Positions 46,323 to 55,102 of a stretch of 64,000 bases of DNA are shown here, in pieces; the first letter of the stretch is position 1; every line of letters begins with the position of its first letter. The notes under the pieces are model-generated. The model worked only from the letters and a program-made list of their open reading frames with translations, was not told where the DNA came from and ran no database searches. The position numbers were made by a program, and so were the translations under genes. The DNA is from a virus (lineage: Duplodnaviria > Caudoviricetes): IMG/VR virus record IMGVR_UViG_3300033073_001881, positions 1 through 64,000 of that record, one strand, 5' to 3'.

Positions 46323-48228
46323 CGTCGGACTCTCCAAAATCTAAATTAGTATCTTCACGAAGAACGGAACGAGATGTTCCTACTTTTCTATTATTTATCT
46401 TCATGTTTAGTAAATTAAGCATAGAATCAACTTCAGGCGTCTTTTTTGGTTTTTCATTAACTCCAAACATTGCCATTGACAATGATGGATCACTTTCTTC
46501 CCATATTCCTTTTACCATATTTTTTGGTCCAAATGGCTCATTAGAAGTAGATTGTGGTCTACTATCAAGAGTCATTGTAAGAAAATCTGGGATCGAGGCT
46601 TCAGAGTTGGAGGACATTTTTTGTTTCTTTTTTCTTTTTCCACCAAAAACATTTTTTGTTGCTTTGACTGGAACATCATCTTCTTTCATCACTTGACCTT
46701 CAGGAACGTCACCTGAGAACAGATCACCTAAACCTTCTTCGCCTTCACCGCCAGCTTCTCCTCCGCCGGCGTCAGGAGGCGGAGGAGACTCGCCTCCTGG
46801 TTCACCGCCAGCACTTTCGCCTTCTTCATCTCCTTCGCCGCCAGCTTCAACAGCATTATCTTCGTTCTTATCGTCAATTCTTCCTTTTTTAATTCTTTCA
46901 ATTTCTTCATTAGAAAGACCAAGAATATTTTTACGAATCCACTGTCTGTCAACGGCGCCCTCAGGCGCCGAAGCCGCTATCTCGAATTTAGTTTTTATAA
47001 GCTCTAATTTCTGCAATTGAGCAACTGATGATGGATTGTTTAATGATAAATGAAAGTTTAAAAGATCATCATCAGAAAATCCGTGAGAATACAAATGAAT
47101 CATTGCAAGCTTATTAAGTTCAGAAATAATAACCTTTTGTATTCTTGTAATAGTTCTAGAAAATCTAATATCTTCCTGAGCAAGTGTTGCTTTAGCGCCA
47201 ATTTCCTCATCATATCCAAGATAAGCTTTTGGAATCTTTAAGGCAGCAAATAGCTTCTTCTGAATATATTGAACATCTTCAACGGCAGCGGCATTTTGAC
47301 CACCTGCAAGTGTTTCGATCTTTGTGCCTGTTTCTCCACCACGAACAGGAATAAAGTAATCGTCATCAACTGCTAATGGATTGTATCTTAAATCCATTTT
47401 TCCTGTATGAGGATCAACAAGTTTATTTCTACGCAATGAGGTCTGCGCCTGTTGCATGAAATTTCCAATTTCTTCAGGAGGAACATTACCAACATCAATA
47501 TAGAATATTCTTCTTTCGGGAGCACGAACAATTCTATAGACCAACATTGCGTCTTCAATTAGAATTAACTGTCTCCAAATTCTTCTTGCTGATTCTAAAA
47601 CAGACGCTCCATATGGAAGGAATGCATCATTTCCAAGTAATCTAAAATGACTTACCTGCCAGTTTTCAAGAACCTTATTTCCTCTTGTTATCCAACGAAA
47701 ACGAACTGCGGTTGGATCTTTTGGATCATATCCTTCCTCACGTTCAATCTCAGAAATAGGAATAGGAAAACAATTTGTGACACCATATTGAGGATCAACA
47801 TCGTTAAAAGTAAAAAAATCTCCATATTTACAAAGATTTCTTACCCACATTGGTAAATTAAAATTGACATTAAGAATTTCATCAAAAAGATTTGTTAAAA
47901 GTTCTTGAATTTGCCTATTTTCAGAAAAAACATGTAAAACTCTTCCAGTGTCATCTTGCGAAGCTGTTTCTTCAGCATAAATGTCAAGCGCAGAAGCAAT
48001 TTCAGGCGTTGCCTCCATTTCGGAAAAATCCGAATATCTTGACATTCTGTCATATGCACCATATGCCGAAACCGTGCTCGAATAAACATCTGAAACATTT
48101 CTGCGAAATAATTCATACGCAGATGAAGCGGTCACTTGGGATTGATTATTTTTGACTTTTCTCCTTACGACAGGCCCACTTCTAAAAAGCTTGGTTAGTC
48201 GTGAGAAAAGATTTCTCTGATCAGCCAC
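46315..48228 (-). CDS. gp20: Portal protein (T4 gp20-like)
   Basis: IASALDIYAEE, RNLCKYGDFF, LIEDAMLVYRIVRAPERRIFYIDVGN, DDYFIPVRG, YIQKKLFAALKIP. GTG 48228 has AAGGAG at 5-nt spacing. Confidence 0.96.
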   Translation of the reverse strand: MADQRNLFSRLTKLFRSGPVVRRKVKNNQSQVTASSAYELFRRNVSDVYSSTVSAYGAYDRMSRYSDFSEMEATPEIASALDIYAEETASQDDTGRVLHVFSENRQIQELLTNLFDEILNVNFNLPMWVRNLCKYGDFFTFNDVDPQYGVTNCFPIPISEIEREEGYDPKDPTAVRFRWITRGNKVLENWQVSHFRLLGNDAFLPYGASVLESARRIWRQLILIEDAMLVYRIVRAPERRIFYIDVGNVPPEEIGNFMQQAQTSLRRNKLVDPHTGKMDLRYNPLAVDDDYFIPVRGGETGTKIETLAGGQNAAAVEDVQYIQKKLFAALKIPKAYLGYDEEIGAKATLAQEDIRFSRTITRIQKVIISELNKLAMIHLYSHGFSDDDLLNFHLSLNNPSSVAQLQKLELIKTKFEIAASAPEGAVDRQWIRKNILGLSNEEIERIKKGRIDDKNEDNAVEAGGEGDEEGESAGGEPGGESPPPPDAGGGEAGGEGEEGLGDLFSGDVPEGQVMKEDDVPVKATKNVFGGKRKKKQKMSSNSEASIPDFLTMTLDSRPQSTSNEPFGPKNMVKGIWEESDPSLSMAMFGVNEKPKKTPEVDSMLNLLNMKINNRKVGTSRSVLREDTNLDFGESDDE

Positions 48229-48263
48229 TATCACTCCTTTTTAGCAATTATTATTTAAAATCG

Positions 48264-49847
48264 TTAATTGTAAAGCCACATTAGCGGCATATTTGAATTC
48301 ATTCCATTTGTTCCTATTTGAGGTTCTAAATTTGGCATTGTTCTATGCATTTCACTTACAATAGCAGCTATTTCTGATTGCTGCTTTTTAGGTGCAGAAG
48401 AATTTACGCTAAAACCTTTTAACATCTCCAAATAAATGTTGGAGTTTGATTTCTTTTCTCCAATTGCCTCTAGCGGGTCGTACAACGATGTTCCAATTCC
48501 TAACGCCATTACAAGGTCGTCATTAAAACCTTTTTGCGCTCGAGGAACATCACCAAACCAAACGAAAGTTCTAAGTTCATCGAGTAGCCTTGATGAATAA
48601 ACTTTTACTGACATGGTTCTTAAAAATTCTTCTAGTTTGGTTAAAGCTGCTGATCTAGAAGGGCCCGATGTTGTAAATCCAAATTTCGAAACAGGTATAT
48701 CAGTGGCATATTGATATCTTCTATCGTTAAGGAAGATATTTGGATATCCTAAGTCTCTAAGCTTAGTAATCGTAGAATATCCATATGTGTTATTTTCAGG
48801 ACATAGAAGAGCCTTATTGTACTTTAAACCTATATCGTTTAATAAAATTCCAAACTGATCTGGTGGTAGCTTGCCTTTAAATTCGCAAACCTGCTCAGAG
48901 GTTGTTGTATCTATAACATGAAAAGCAGAAAAATCCTTGGCATCGCCTCGGGCAACGTCTGCAGACACAACATATTTGTGATCTGGAAGTGGGTATTTCC
49001 ACGTCCAGATAGCGGCTTCAGGGCCTGATTTTTCTATTGGAGATCTTGTTTGTATTCTTAATCTTTCAAGATCTTCAACATTTAGAAATGTGTCACCTGA
49101 TGAAGCGAAGTCGCAAAGAAGCTCTTGAGCAATTTGTTTTTTAGACATTTGTCTTGCTTCTTTTTCAAACCATTCTCTATCTCTTTCAGGATGAACATCC
49201 CACATTAATTTAATTGGATTTAAATCTGAAACTCCATTTTCTGCGTCTACCCACAATTTATGATATTGGTTACCAACACCGTTAGGAGTACTCAAAATAA
49301 TGGCAGAACCACCTGTAGATAGAGTTGGATAAAGACCTGTCCAAATTTCTTCAAAGTTGCGAATAAAAGCGGCCTCGTCGATAATAAGAAGAGACAATGC
49401 CTCAGAACGACCTGCATCTTCCGAAGTTGGAATTGCTTTAATAGTTGAACCATTTGAAAATTCAATCGAAGTCTTCGTATCACCAACTATTTTTGGAATG
49501 ACTAACCAAGGTGGTAATGCGTTAAGCATGACTTTTACTTTTTTAATAAAGTTAGCTGCTGTCGCCAATTTAGTAGCAATAACAAGAATGTTCTTTTCTT
49601 TATAAAAGATTGCTCGCCATACTGCAAAAGCAGCTGAAACTGTTGAAAGTCCCAACTGCCTACTTTTAAGAACGATATTAAATCTATGTTTTATAAAGGC
49701 GCTTATACATTCATCTTGGAACGGGTATGTCTTAAATGGAATAAGACCTTTTCTAGGATGCGCAATTTTAGCATACTTATTTATGAAATAAGTTGGATTC
49801 TTTCCACATTTTACTATTTCATTTACTTGCGCATTTCTAGAAATCAT
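48264..49847 (-). CDS. gp17: Terminase large subunit (T4 gp17-like)
   Basis: KSRQLGLST, LIIDEAAFI, STPNG, SADVARG, DDLVMALGI. Confidence 0.96.
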   Translation of the reverse strand: MISRNAQVNEIVKCGKNPTYFINKYAKIAHPRKGLIPFKTYPFQDECISAFIKHRFNIVLKSRQLGLSTVSAAFAVWRAIFYKEKNILVIATKLATAANFIKKVKVMLNALPPWLVIPKIVGDTKTSIEFSNGSTIKAIPTSEDAGRSEALSLLIIDEAAFIRNFEEIWTGLYPTLSTGGSAIILSTPNGVGNQYHKLWVDAENGVSDLNPIKLMWDVHPERDREWFEKEARQMSKKQIAQELLCDFASSGDTFLNVEDLERLRIQTRSPIEKSGPEAAIWTWKYPLPDHKYVVSADVARGDAKDFSAFHVIDTTTSEQVCEFKGKLPPDQFGILLNDIGLKYNKALLCPENNTYGYSTITKLRDLGYPNIFLNDRRYQYATDIPVSKFGFTTSGPSRSAALTKLEEFLRTMSVKVYSSRLLDELRTFVWFGDVPRAQKGFNDDLVMALGIGTSLYDPLEAIGEKKSNSNIYLEMLKGFSVNSSAPKKQQSEIAAIVSEMHRTMPNLEPQIGTNGMNSNMPLMWLYN

Positions 49848-50206
49848 TAAGAAACCGTTGTCAATAAATGAAATCTATAATAAGCTGTCTTTTTTGGATT
49901 GTAGTAATTTGCTGCAATAATTTCTACGTTGTCGGATTCTCTAACTATTTTAATTTTAAGACTTTTTCCTGCAAGTGTTTTAAATTCAGACTTAATTTTA
50001 TTGACTGCTTCTTTCATCATAGATTTTGCTCTTTCACGTTCACGATCGGTTTGATTTCTAAGAGTAAAATCATTTGCATACTGAATAACAGAAGTATAAG
50101 TTATTTCTACCTGCTCTTCATTCAAGATTTTTGAAGTAATAGAGGTTGTGCCGTCTTTAGAACCTTTACAGCAGTCCAAGGCTTGACCAAGTGCGTTAAA
50201 ATTCAT
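49847..50206 (-). CDS. Hypothetical protein coupled to terminase
   Basis: TAATG overlap with gp17; GGAG RBS; ATAATTA upstream (50223-50229). Confidence 0.7.
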   Translation of the reverse strand: MNFNALGQALDCCKGSKDGTTSITSKILNEEQVEITYTSVIQYANDFTLRNQTDRERERAKSMMKEAVNKIKSEFKTLAGKSLKIKIVRESDNVEIIAANYYNPKKTAYYRFHLLTTVS

Positions 50207-50231
50207 AATGTCTCCGTTTTAGTAATTATTA

Positions 50232-50480
50232 CTATCTAAGCAAGATTTGCCTATCTGCTATTTTTTCTTCAATTTGTTTTAAAGAAGGACGCCAGCCATT
50301 TTTCCATTTTTCTTGATTGGTTTCAAAAAAACACATCTCACAATTTCTACAACAGTCACATCTATCGTAAGCCTCAGTGTCCTCCAGGGTAGACATAACT
50401 ATGCTGCAAATATTGCAAAATGCAGGATACTCAGGAGAACTATTATTCACTATCTGATACTGAATCTGCGGAGACAACAT
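50232..50480 (-). CDS. Small Cys-rich (possible Zn-finger) protein
   Basis: CNIC...CDCCRNC. Confidence 0.55.
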   Translation of the reverse strand: MLSPQIQYQIVNNSSPEYPAFCNICSIVMSTLEDTEAYDRCDCCRNCEMCFFETNQEKWKNGWRPSLKQIEEKIADRQILLR

Positions 50481-53400
50481 ACGAATCTTGACCTCTATTT
50501 GTAATTTCTATAAATCCATCGACAGCGTCCTTGACGGCATCAACATGTGATATGACAATAACAGTTTTGAAAAATCTCTTTAAAGATCTTAGCAATCTAT
50601 TGCATGCTTCAATATTTTGTTCATCTAATGCACCAAATCCTTCATCGATAATGATGATATCAGATTTAGGCAGAGATGAGACGTTGATCAAGGCAACTCT
50701 AATCGCAAGTGCGGATAGCATTTTTTCCATGCCGGAACCTAATTCAATAGGTCTCTTTGAATCACCATAATCAATGAAAATATCCAAATCGGAGCATTCT
50801 TCGTCAGTTTCAAATGAAACTGTAAAACCAGCAACCCCTTGAAGAATCTTTGAAATTTCGTTATTAATTCTTGGAAGTTCTTTCTTTACAATGGTCATTG
50901 GAATTCCGTCCTTATTGTAAACGGACGCCAATGTATTATAAAAATTCCAGGATGCGCTTATTGAATTAAATCTTTTTTCTTCAGTGTTTAGATTGTTAAT
51001 CTTTTCTTTAGTTACTGCCAGATTACTCTTTTGGGTAACCAAACTAGAATTAAGAGATCTAATTTTTTGAGAAATCTCATCTAGTTTTCTACGCTTGCTA
51101 GACATTATTTCTACTTCGTCAGAATCAGACATGTTCATCTTCGCATTTTCAAGCTCAAGATTAAGTTTGACAAGATCTTCAGAATATTTCTGAATATTGT
51201 TTTTTGCAAGATTAATGTTGGATTCTATTCTTAGAATGTCGCTATTCAAAACTTTTTCTTTAGAAAGAGCAGCGTTATATTTCCTAATCATTTCTTTGAT
51301 TTCGTCAATGTCAATTTCTGACATTTCTGAATTCATTTGTTTGATTTGTGATTTTAACTCCTGAATAGTTTTTCTTTGCTCATCAATAAGCTTTTTATCT
51401 CTGATAGAATCTTTTATGAATTTACATGATGGAAATTGTTCTCCACATGGAACATCATTAAGTTTTGCTATCGATTTTTCTTGATTTTTAAGAATGTCGT
51501 TTTCTTTTTCAAGAGCATACCCAGCTTTGACGCTATTTTTTTCAAGGAGTTCAAATTCCTGAACCTTTTGTTCATTTTCTTTAATCGGAAAATTTTCCTT
51601 TAAAAACTTGATCGAAGACGATTTTTTCGTAGTGTCTTTAAGAGAAATATCCAATTCTTCAAGAATTTTGTTTTGTTTATTTAGACTATTCTTAATATCT
51701 ATGATCTTTCTTTCGATTTCTTTAATGTCTGATGCTGAAAAATGTTTGGTGGCATTTCCGCCATGATCTCGAATCCAAATTTCAATTTGCTCCTTTAGCG
51801 AGGTGCTATCTTTAATTTCTTGCTCGATTTTAAAAATCTCGCTATCGATATTGATAATTGAATTTTCATAAGACTCTCGCTGAAGTCTAAAATTAATATT
51901 TGGCATCGTTTTAAGAGCACTCTTAAACGACGAAGCTTCTTCCTTTAACTTAACATGAATAGAATCAAGAACCTGAAGATCTAGAAACTTAGAAAGAAGA
52001 AGTTTTCTTGCTGATGCCTTTAGTCGAATAAAATTATTCATTTCTCCTTGAGCGGCAAAGGATGTCAACAAGAAATCTTCTGAGGTTCCGATCAATTTTC
52101 TTAGCAGTCTTTCAGACTCACGACGTTGCTCACCTGATAAATCGGATTGAGTATCACCTGATTCGTTAAGCTGAAACAGGTTTAATTGAGTAGACGCAGA
52201 CACTTGTCCTTTTTTGTTAGAATGCTTTATGGTTTGTCTTTCAACCTTGTAAGGAACACCAGCTACACTAAATTCAACTGCGGCTTGACAATATCCTTTT
52301 CTTGTATTGACAATGTGAAGATTGCTAATGCTTCCTCTGTCTGTGTCGTTAAACAAAGAATACATTAAAGTACCAGGAATCGAAGATTTTCCGATTCTAT
52401 TGACTCCAAAAAGACCGATTATACCAGATAAGGCGTTAAAATTAATTTCATTGCCTTTGCCATAACCAAAGGTGTTATCCCACGACATTTTAGAAATTGA
52501 CCACTTTTGATTTCTTACAGTATCGTCCTCTTCAATAGAGGACAAAATCGTTTTAATAGTGTCAACTCCATTTTTTAATTCATCAGGATTGTCTTTAAAA
52601 ATAGGGGCCAAAAACTCACGATGAGTTTCAGGATCTCTTAGGCTTTTTCTATTAATATCAACATCTGATGTTATAGTCGATTTGTCATTTTCAGTATCCC
52701 ATTTCCACACTATTTCATGAGACTTCATTTCATCTTTTAAGAATGATGAAATTTGCTTAATTTCGTCCTGGGCAAGCATTTTATCTGAAGAGATACGAAA
52801 TCTTGCACCAACCAACTTTTTGTTAATTGATGCAATCGTTGAATCAACACCTGACCAATTAATGGTGACAAATGGATGAGGATTTTTCAAAATCACTCTT
52901 TCAACGTCAAAATCATCTTTGCTTCTAATCGACCAAACAAGATAGCCTTTAACAGGATGCTCCCCATAATTTTGCTGAATTGTGGAGCCAGGGTACGCAA
53001 ATCTATTTTCGCTATCTAAAAATTGCTGCTTATGAATATCACCGAAAAGACCGAAATGGCAACCTTTAAAAAGAGAAAGATCGACTTCACCTTCCGTTGG
53101 AAAATCAGCGTCTGTTAAAGAACCTCTAACGGCACCATGAAAAACAGATATAACAATTTCACCTTCGGTAGTTACGTCTTTCCAACCTTCCTCATCAAAG
53201 CAAGAAAAATTGGCAATTCTAACTCCTGGCATGTGAGTTTCATAATTTCCACTTTTCTTAAACAATTTTAGTCGAGGATTACCAATAGCGGAAACAATTG
53301 GAGTAATTGCATCCTGCCTATCCGAATTATGAATTAATCCATCGTGATTGCCAAGAAAAATATAGGTTGGAGCAATCGCAGCCATTTGATTAAACCACCA

Positions 53401-53595
53401 AGTAAGAATCTCGATGATTTCTGGGGAGATGCCTTGTGTTTTTGTATGAACTATGTCGCCAGATATGAAGATGGCGTCAAGATTGCTTTGACGCATTTTC
53501 TCAAATGCCTGCTTAAAAACAGAAACATATTCATCATGACGAGTAAGCCCACGAAAATGGACGTCAGCAAAATGTGCAATTTTATATTGTTTCAA
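50443..53595 (-). CDS. Fused SbcD-SbcC (Mre11-Rad50, T4 gp47-gp46-like) nuclease/ATPase
   Basis: N-terminal phosphoesterase motifs ADVH, GDIVH, GNHD, FHG, GDIH, YPGS; then Walker A GVNRIGKSS, long coiled coil, GSGMEK, IIIDEGFGALD, VISH. Confidence 0.93.
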   Translation of the reverse strand: MKQYKIAHFADVHFRGLTRHDEYVSVFKQAFEKMRQSNLDAIFISGDIVHTKTQGISPEIIEILTWWFNQMAAIAPTYIFLGNHDGLIHNSDRQDAITPIVSAIGNPRLKLFKKSGNYETHMPGVRIANFSCFDEEGWKDVTTEGEIVISVFHGAVRGSLTDADFPTEGEVDLSLFKGCHFGLFGDIHKQQFLDSENRFAYPGSTIQQNYGEHPVKGYLVWSIRSKDDFDVERVILKNPHPFVTINWSGVDSTIASINKKLVGARFRISSDKMLAQDEIKQISSFLKDEMKSHEIVWKWDTENDKSTITSDVDINRKSLRDPETHREFLAPIFKDNPDELKNGVDTIKTILSSIEEDDTVRNQKWSISKMSWDNTFGYGKGNEINFNALSGIIGLFGVNRIGKSSIPGTLMYSLFNDTDRGSISNLHIVNTRKGYCQAAVEFSVAGVPYKVERQTIKHSNKKGQVSASTQLNLFQLNESGDTQSDLSGEQRRESERLLRKLIGTSEDFLLTSFAAQGEMNNFIRLKASARKLLLSKFLDLQVLDSIHVKLKEEASSFKSALKTMPNINFRLQRESYENSIINIDSEIFKIEQEIKDSTSLKEQIEIWIRDHGGNATKHFSASDIKEIERKIIDIKNSLNKQNKILEELDISLKDTTKKSSSIKFLKENFPIKENEQKVQEFELLEKNSVKAGYALEKENDILKNQEKSIAKLNDVPCGEQFPSCKFIKDSIRDKKLIDEQRKTIQELKSQIKQMNSEMSEIDIDEIKEMIRKYNAALSKEKVLNSDILRIESNINLAKNNIQKYSEDLVKLNLELENAKMNMSDSDEVEIMSSKRRKLDEISQKIRSLNSSLVTQKSNLAVTKEKINNLNTEEKRFNSISASWNFYNTLASVYNKDGIPMTIVKKELPRINNEISKILQGVAGFTVSFETDEECSDLDIFIDYGDSKRPIELGSGMEKMLSALAIRVALINVSSLPKSDIIIIDEGFGALDEQNIEACNRLLRSLKRFFKTVIVISHVDAVKDAVDGFIEITNRGQDSYVVSADSVSDSE

Positions 53596-54545
53596 AGTAG
53601 TGATCCTGATTTGATATTTTTGATCATGTATAAAATCCTATCATTTGGCTCCCATTCTTTAGCGTTATTTCTTGCATCAAGAATTTCATTTTGAGGCATT
53701 TCGCCAACATCTTTATAGGCGCCTGTATTAAGAAATTTAACACAAACTCCGTGATTGAATAACATTTTTGCAATATTATGTGCTTTTTTCTGAACATCGT
53801 TATCTAAAGAAAGAATAATGGGAGTTTTATTTCCAACGATTCGCTGGAAAATTGCATGTGAAGGAGTCATGCTTGAACCAAGAAGGCATGTCGTATTTCC
53901 ACCAGCAGCTATCATGTCAAAAGGACCTTCAACTATCATTAATTCTTTATTCCAATCAATATCTATTTCATTAAAAATTACGTCGACTCTTTCTACAGTC
54001 GGATTATAATACTTTACCGTGTCATTATCGATTGACCTTGCAGTCCAATAATTTAATTTTCCACAAGCGTCATATGATGTAATCACGGCCCGACGGCGAC
54101 ATTTGCCTTTTAACGATGTTCCAATCCTGTATCTCCAGATTAAATCTTCACCTATTCCTCTTTCTTCTAAGTATCTAAGTACAGCACGATAATCAGGATC
54201 AGATTTTTCATCAATTAATGGAATAAAACCATTTGGAAGAGCAAGAACCTCTTCTTTCTCAGGTTCATCAATAAATTTTTTCTGTTCTTCTGAACCAAAA
54301 AGTCTGATCCATTCTCCCCGACTTCCTTTTGCACCGTGTTTTGACAAAAGGCTTGTGATGGATCTTCCTCTAATTCCACAAACAAAACAATGCCAAAGCT
54401 CATCATCGAGTTTAACCATGAGCTTTTTCTTTTCTTTATGCTGACATTTGGGACATTTGAACGCCGCGTTTGATCCATCGCGTGCTAAATGACCTTTGCC
54501 AAAGGAATTAGAGAGAAATTTTAATCTTTCGGCGATGTCTATCAT
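53592..54545 (-). CDS. DNA primase (CHC2-type Zn finger plus TOPRIM)
   Basis: CPKC...WHCFVCG, YLEERGI, WTARSI, IVEGPFDM, LSLDND, YKDVGEM. Confidence 0.9.
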   Translation of the reverse strand: MIDIAERLKFLSNSFGKGHLARDGSNAAFKCPKCQHKEKKKLMVKLDDELWHCFVCGIRGRSITSLLSKHGAKGSRGEWIRLFGSEEQKKFIDEPEKEEVLALPNGFIPLIDEKSDPDYRAVLRYLEERGIGEDLIWRYRIGTSLKGKCRRRAVITSYDACGKLNYWTARSIDNDTVKYYNPTVERVDVIFNEIDIDWNKELMIVEGPFDMIAAGGNTTCLLGSSMTPSHAIFQRIVGNKTPIILSLDNDVQKKAHNIAKMLFNHGVCVKFLNTGAYKDVGEMPQNEILDARNNAKEWEPNDRILYMIKNIKSGSLL

Positions 54546-54565
54546 AAGCCATTATATGCTTATGC

Positions 54566-55102
54566 TTATAAGGTTTTCAAACCCGCTGTGACTAGAAGAA
54601 AAGCATCTGCGGCATCTTCACTGCCATGAACAAGTTCAGTTTGTCCCTTTCTTTTTCCAACCTTTACTATTCTTGTTTTCCATGCCGAATCAGGAGTTCT
54701 TGTTCTAGCCCAAGCGACAACATGGACTTTAGCATTTTCTCCTTTAGGAACTTTTAAACCGACTTTGCTTCTTGCAGTTTTTACCATGATAGAAACAGGT
54801 TGAATTCCCCAAAGCTTCCAACAAATTTGACAGACGACAGCGTTGAATTTTGCCAAAGTCACGATGACGCCTGCCGATGACATTCCAGAACGAAAGCCAA
54901 GAACATGCTCTTCGACAAAAATTCCTTTTGGAACAGGTAGTTCTCGAAGTCCGTTTTCTATTGCATCTGCTTTTTCATAGAAATTTTTACAGTCAGATAG
55001 ATCAAACCATCCCATATTGTAAAAATTACCTGAAGAATCTATAAGTGACCAGCCTGTGCATGAAGTAGAAATATCTAATCCAAGATATAGATCAGAAGTC
55101 AA
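54566..55102 (-). CDS. RuvC-like Holliday junction resolvase
   Basis: YLGLDISTSCTG, IFVEE, DAADAF. Start moved to TTG 55102 (AGGA RBS). Confidence 0.8.
   Translation of the reverse strand: MTSDLYLGLDISTSCTGWSLIDSSGNFYNMGWFDLSDCKNFYEKADAIENGLRELPVPKGIFVEEHVLGFRSGMSSAGVIVTLAKFNAVVCQICWKLWGIQPVSIMVKTARSKVGLKVPKGENAKVHVVAWARTRTPDSAWKTRIVKVGKRKGQTELVHGSEDAADAFLLVTAGLKTL

Noticed and set aside
49847-50206. Small terminase subunit
   Set aside because: Position and size fit, but I recognise no gp16-like motif; left as hypothetical.
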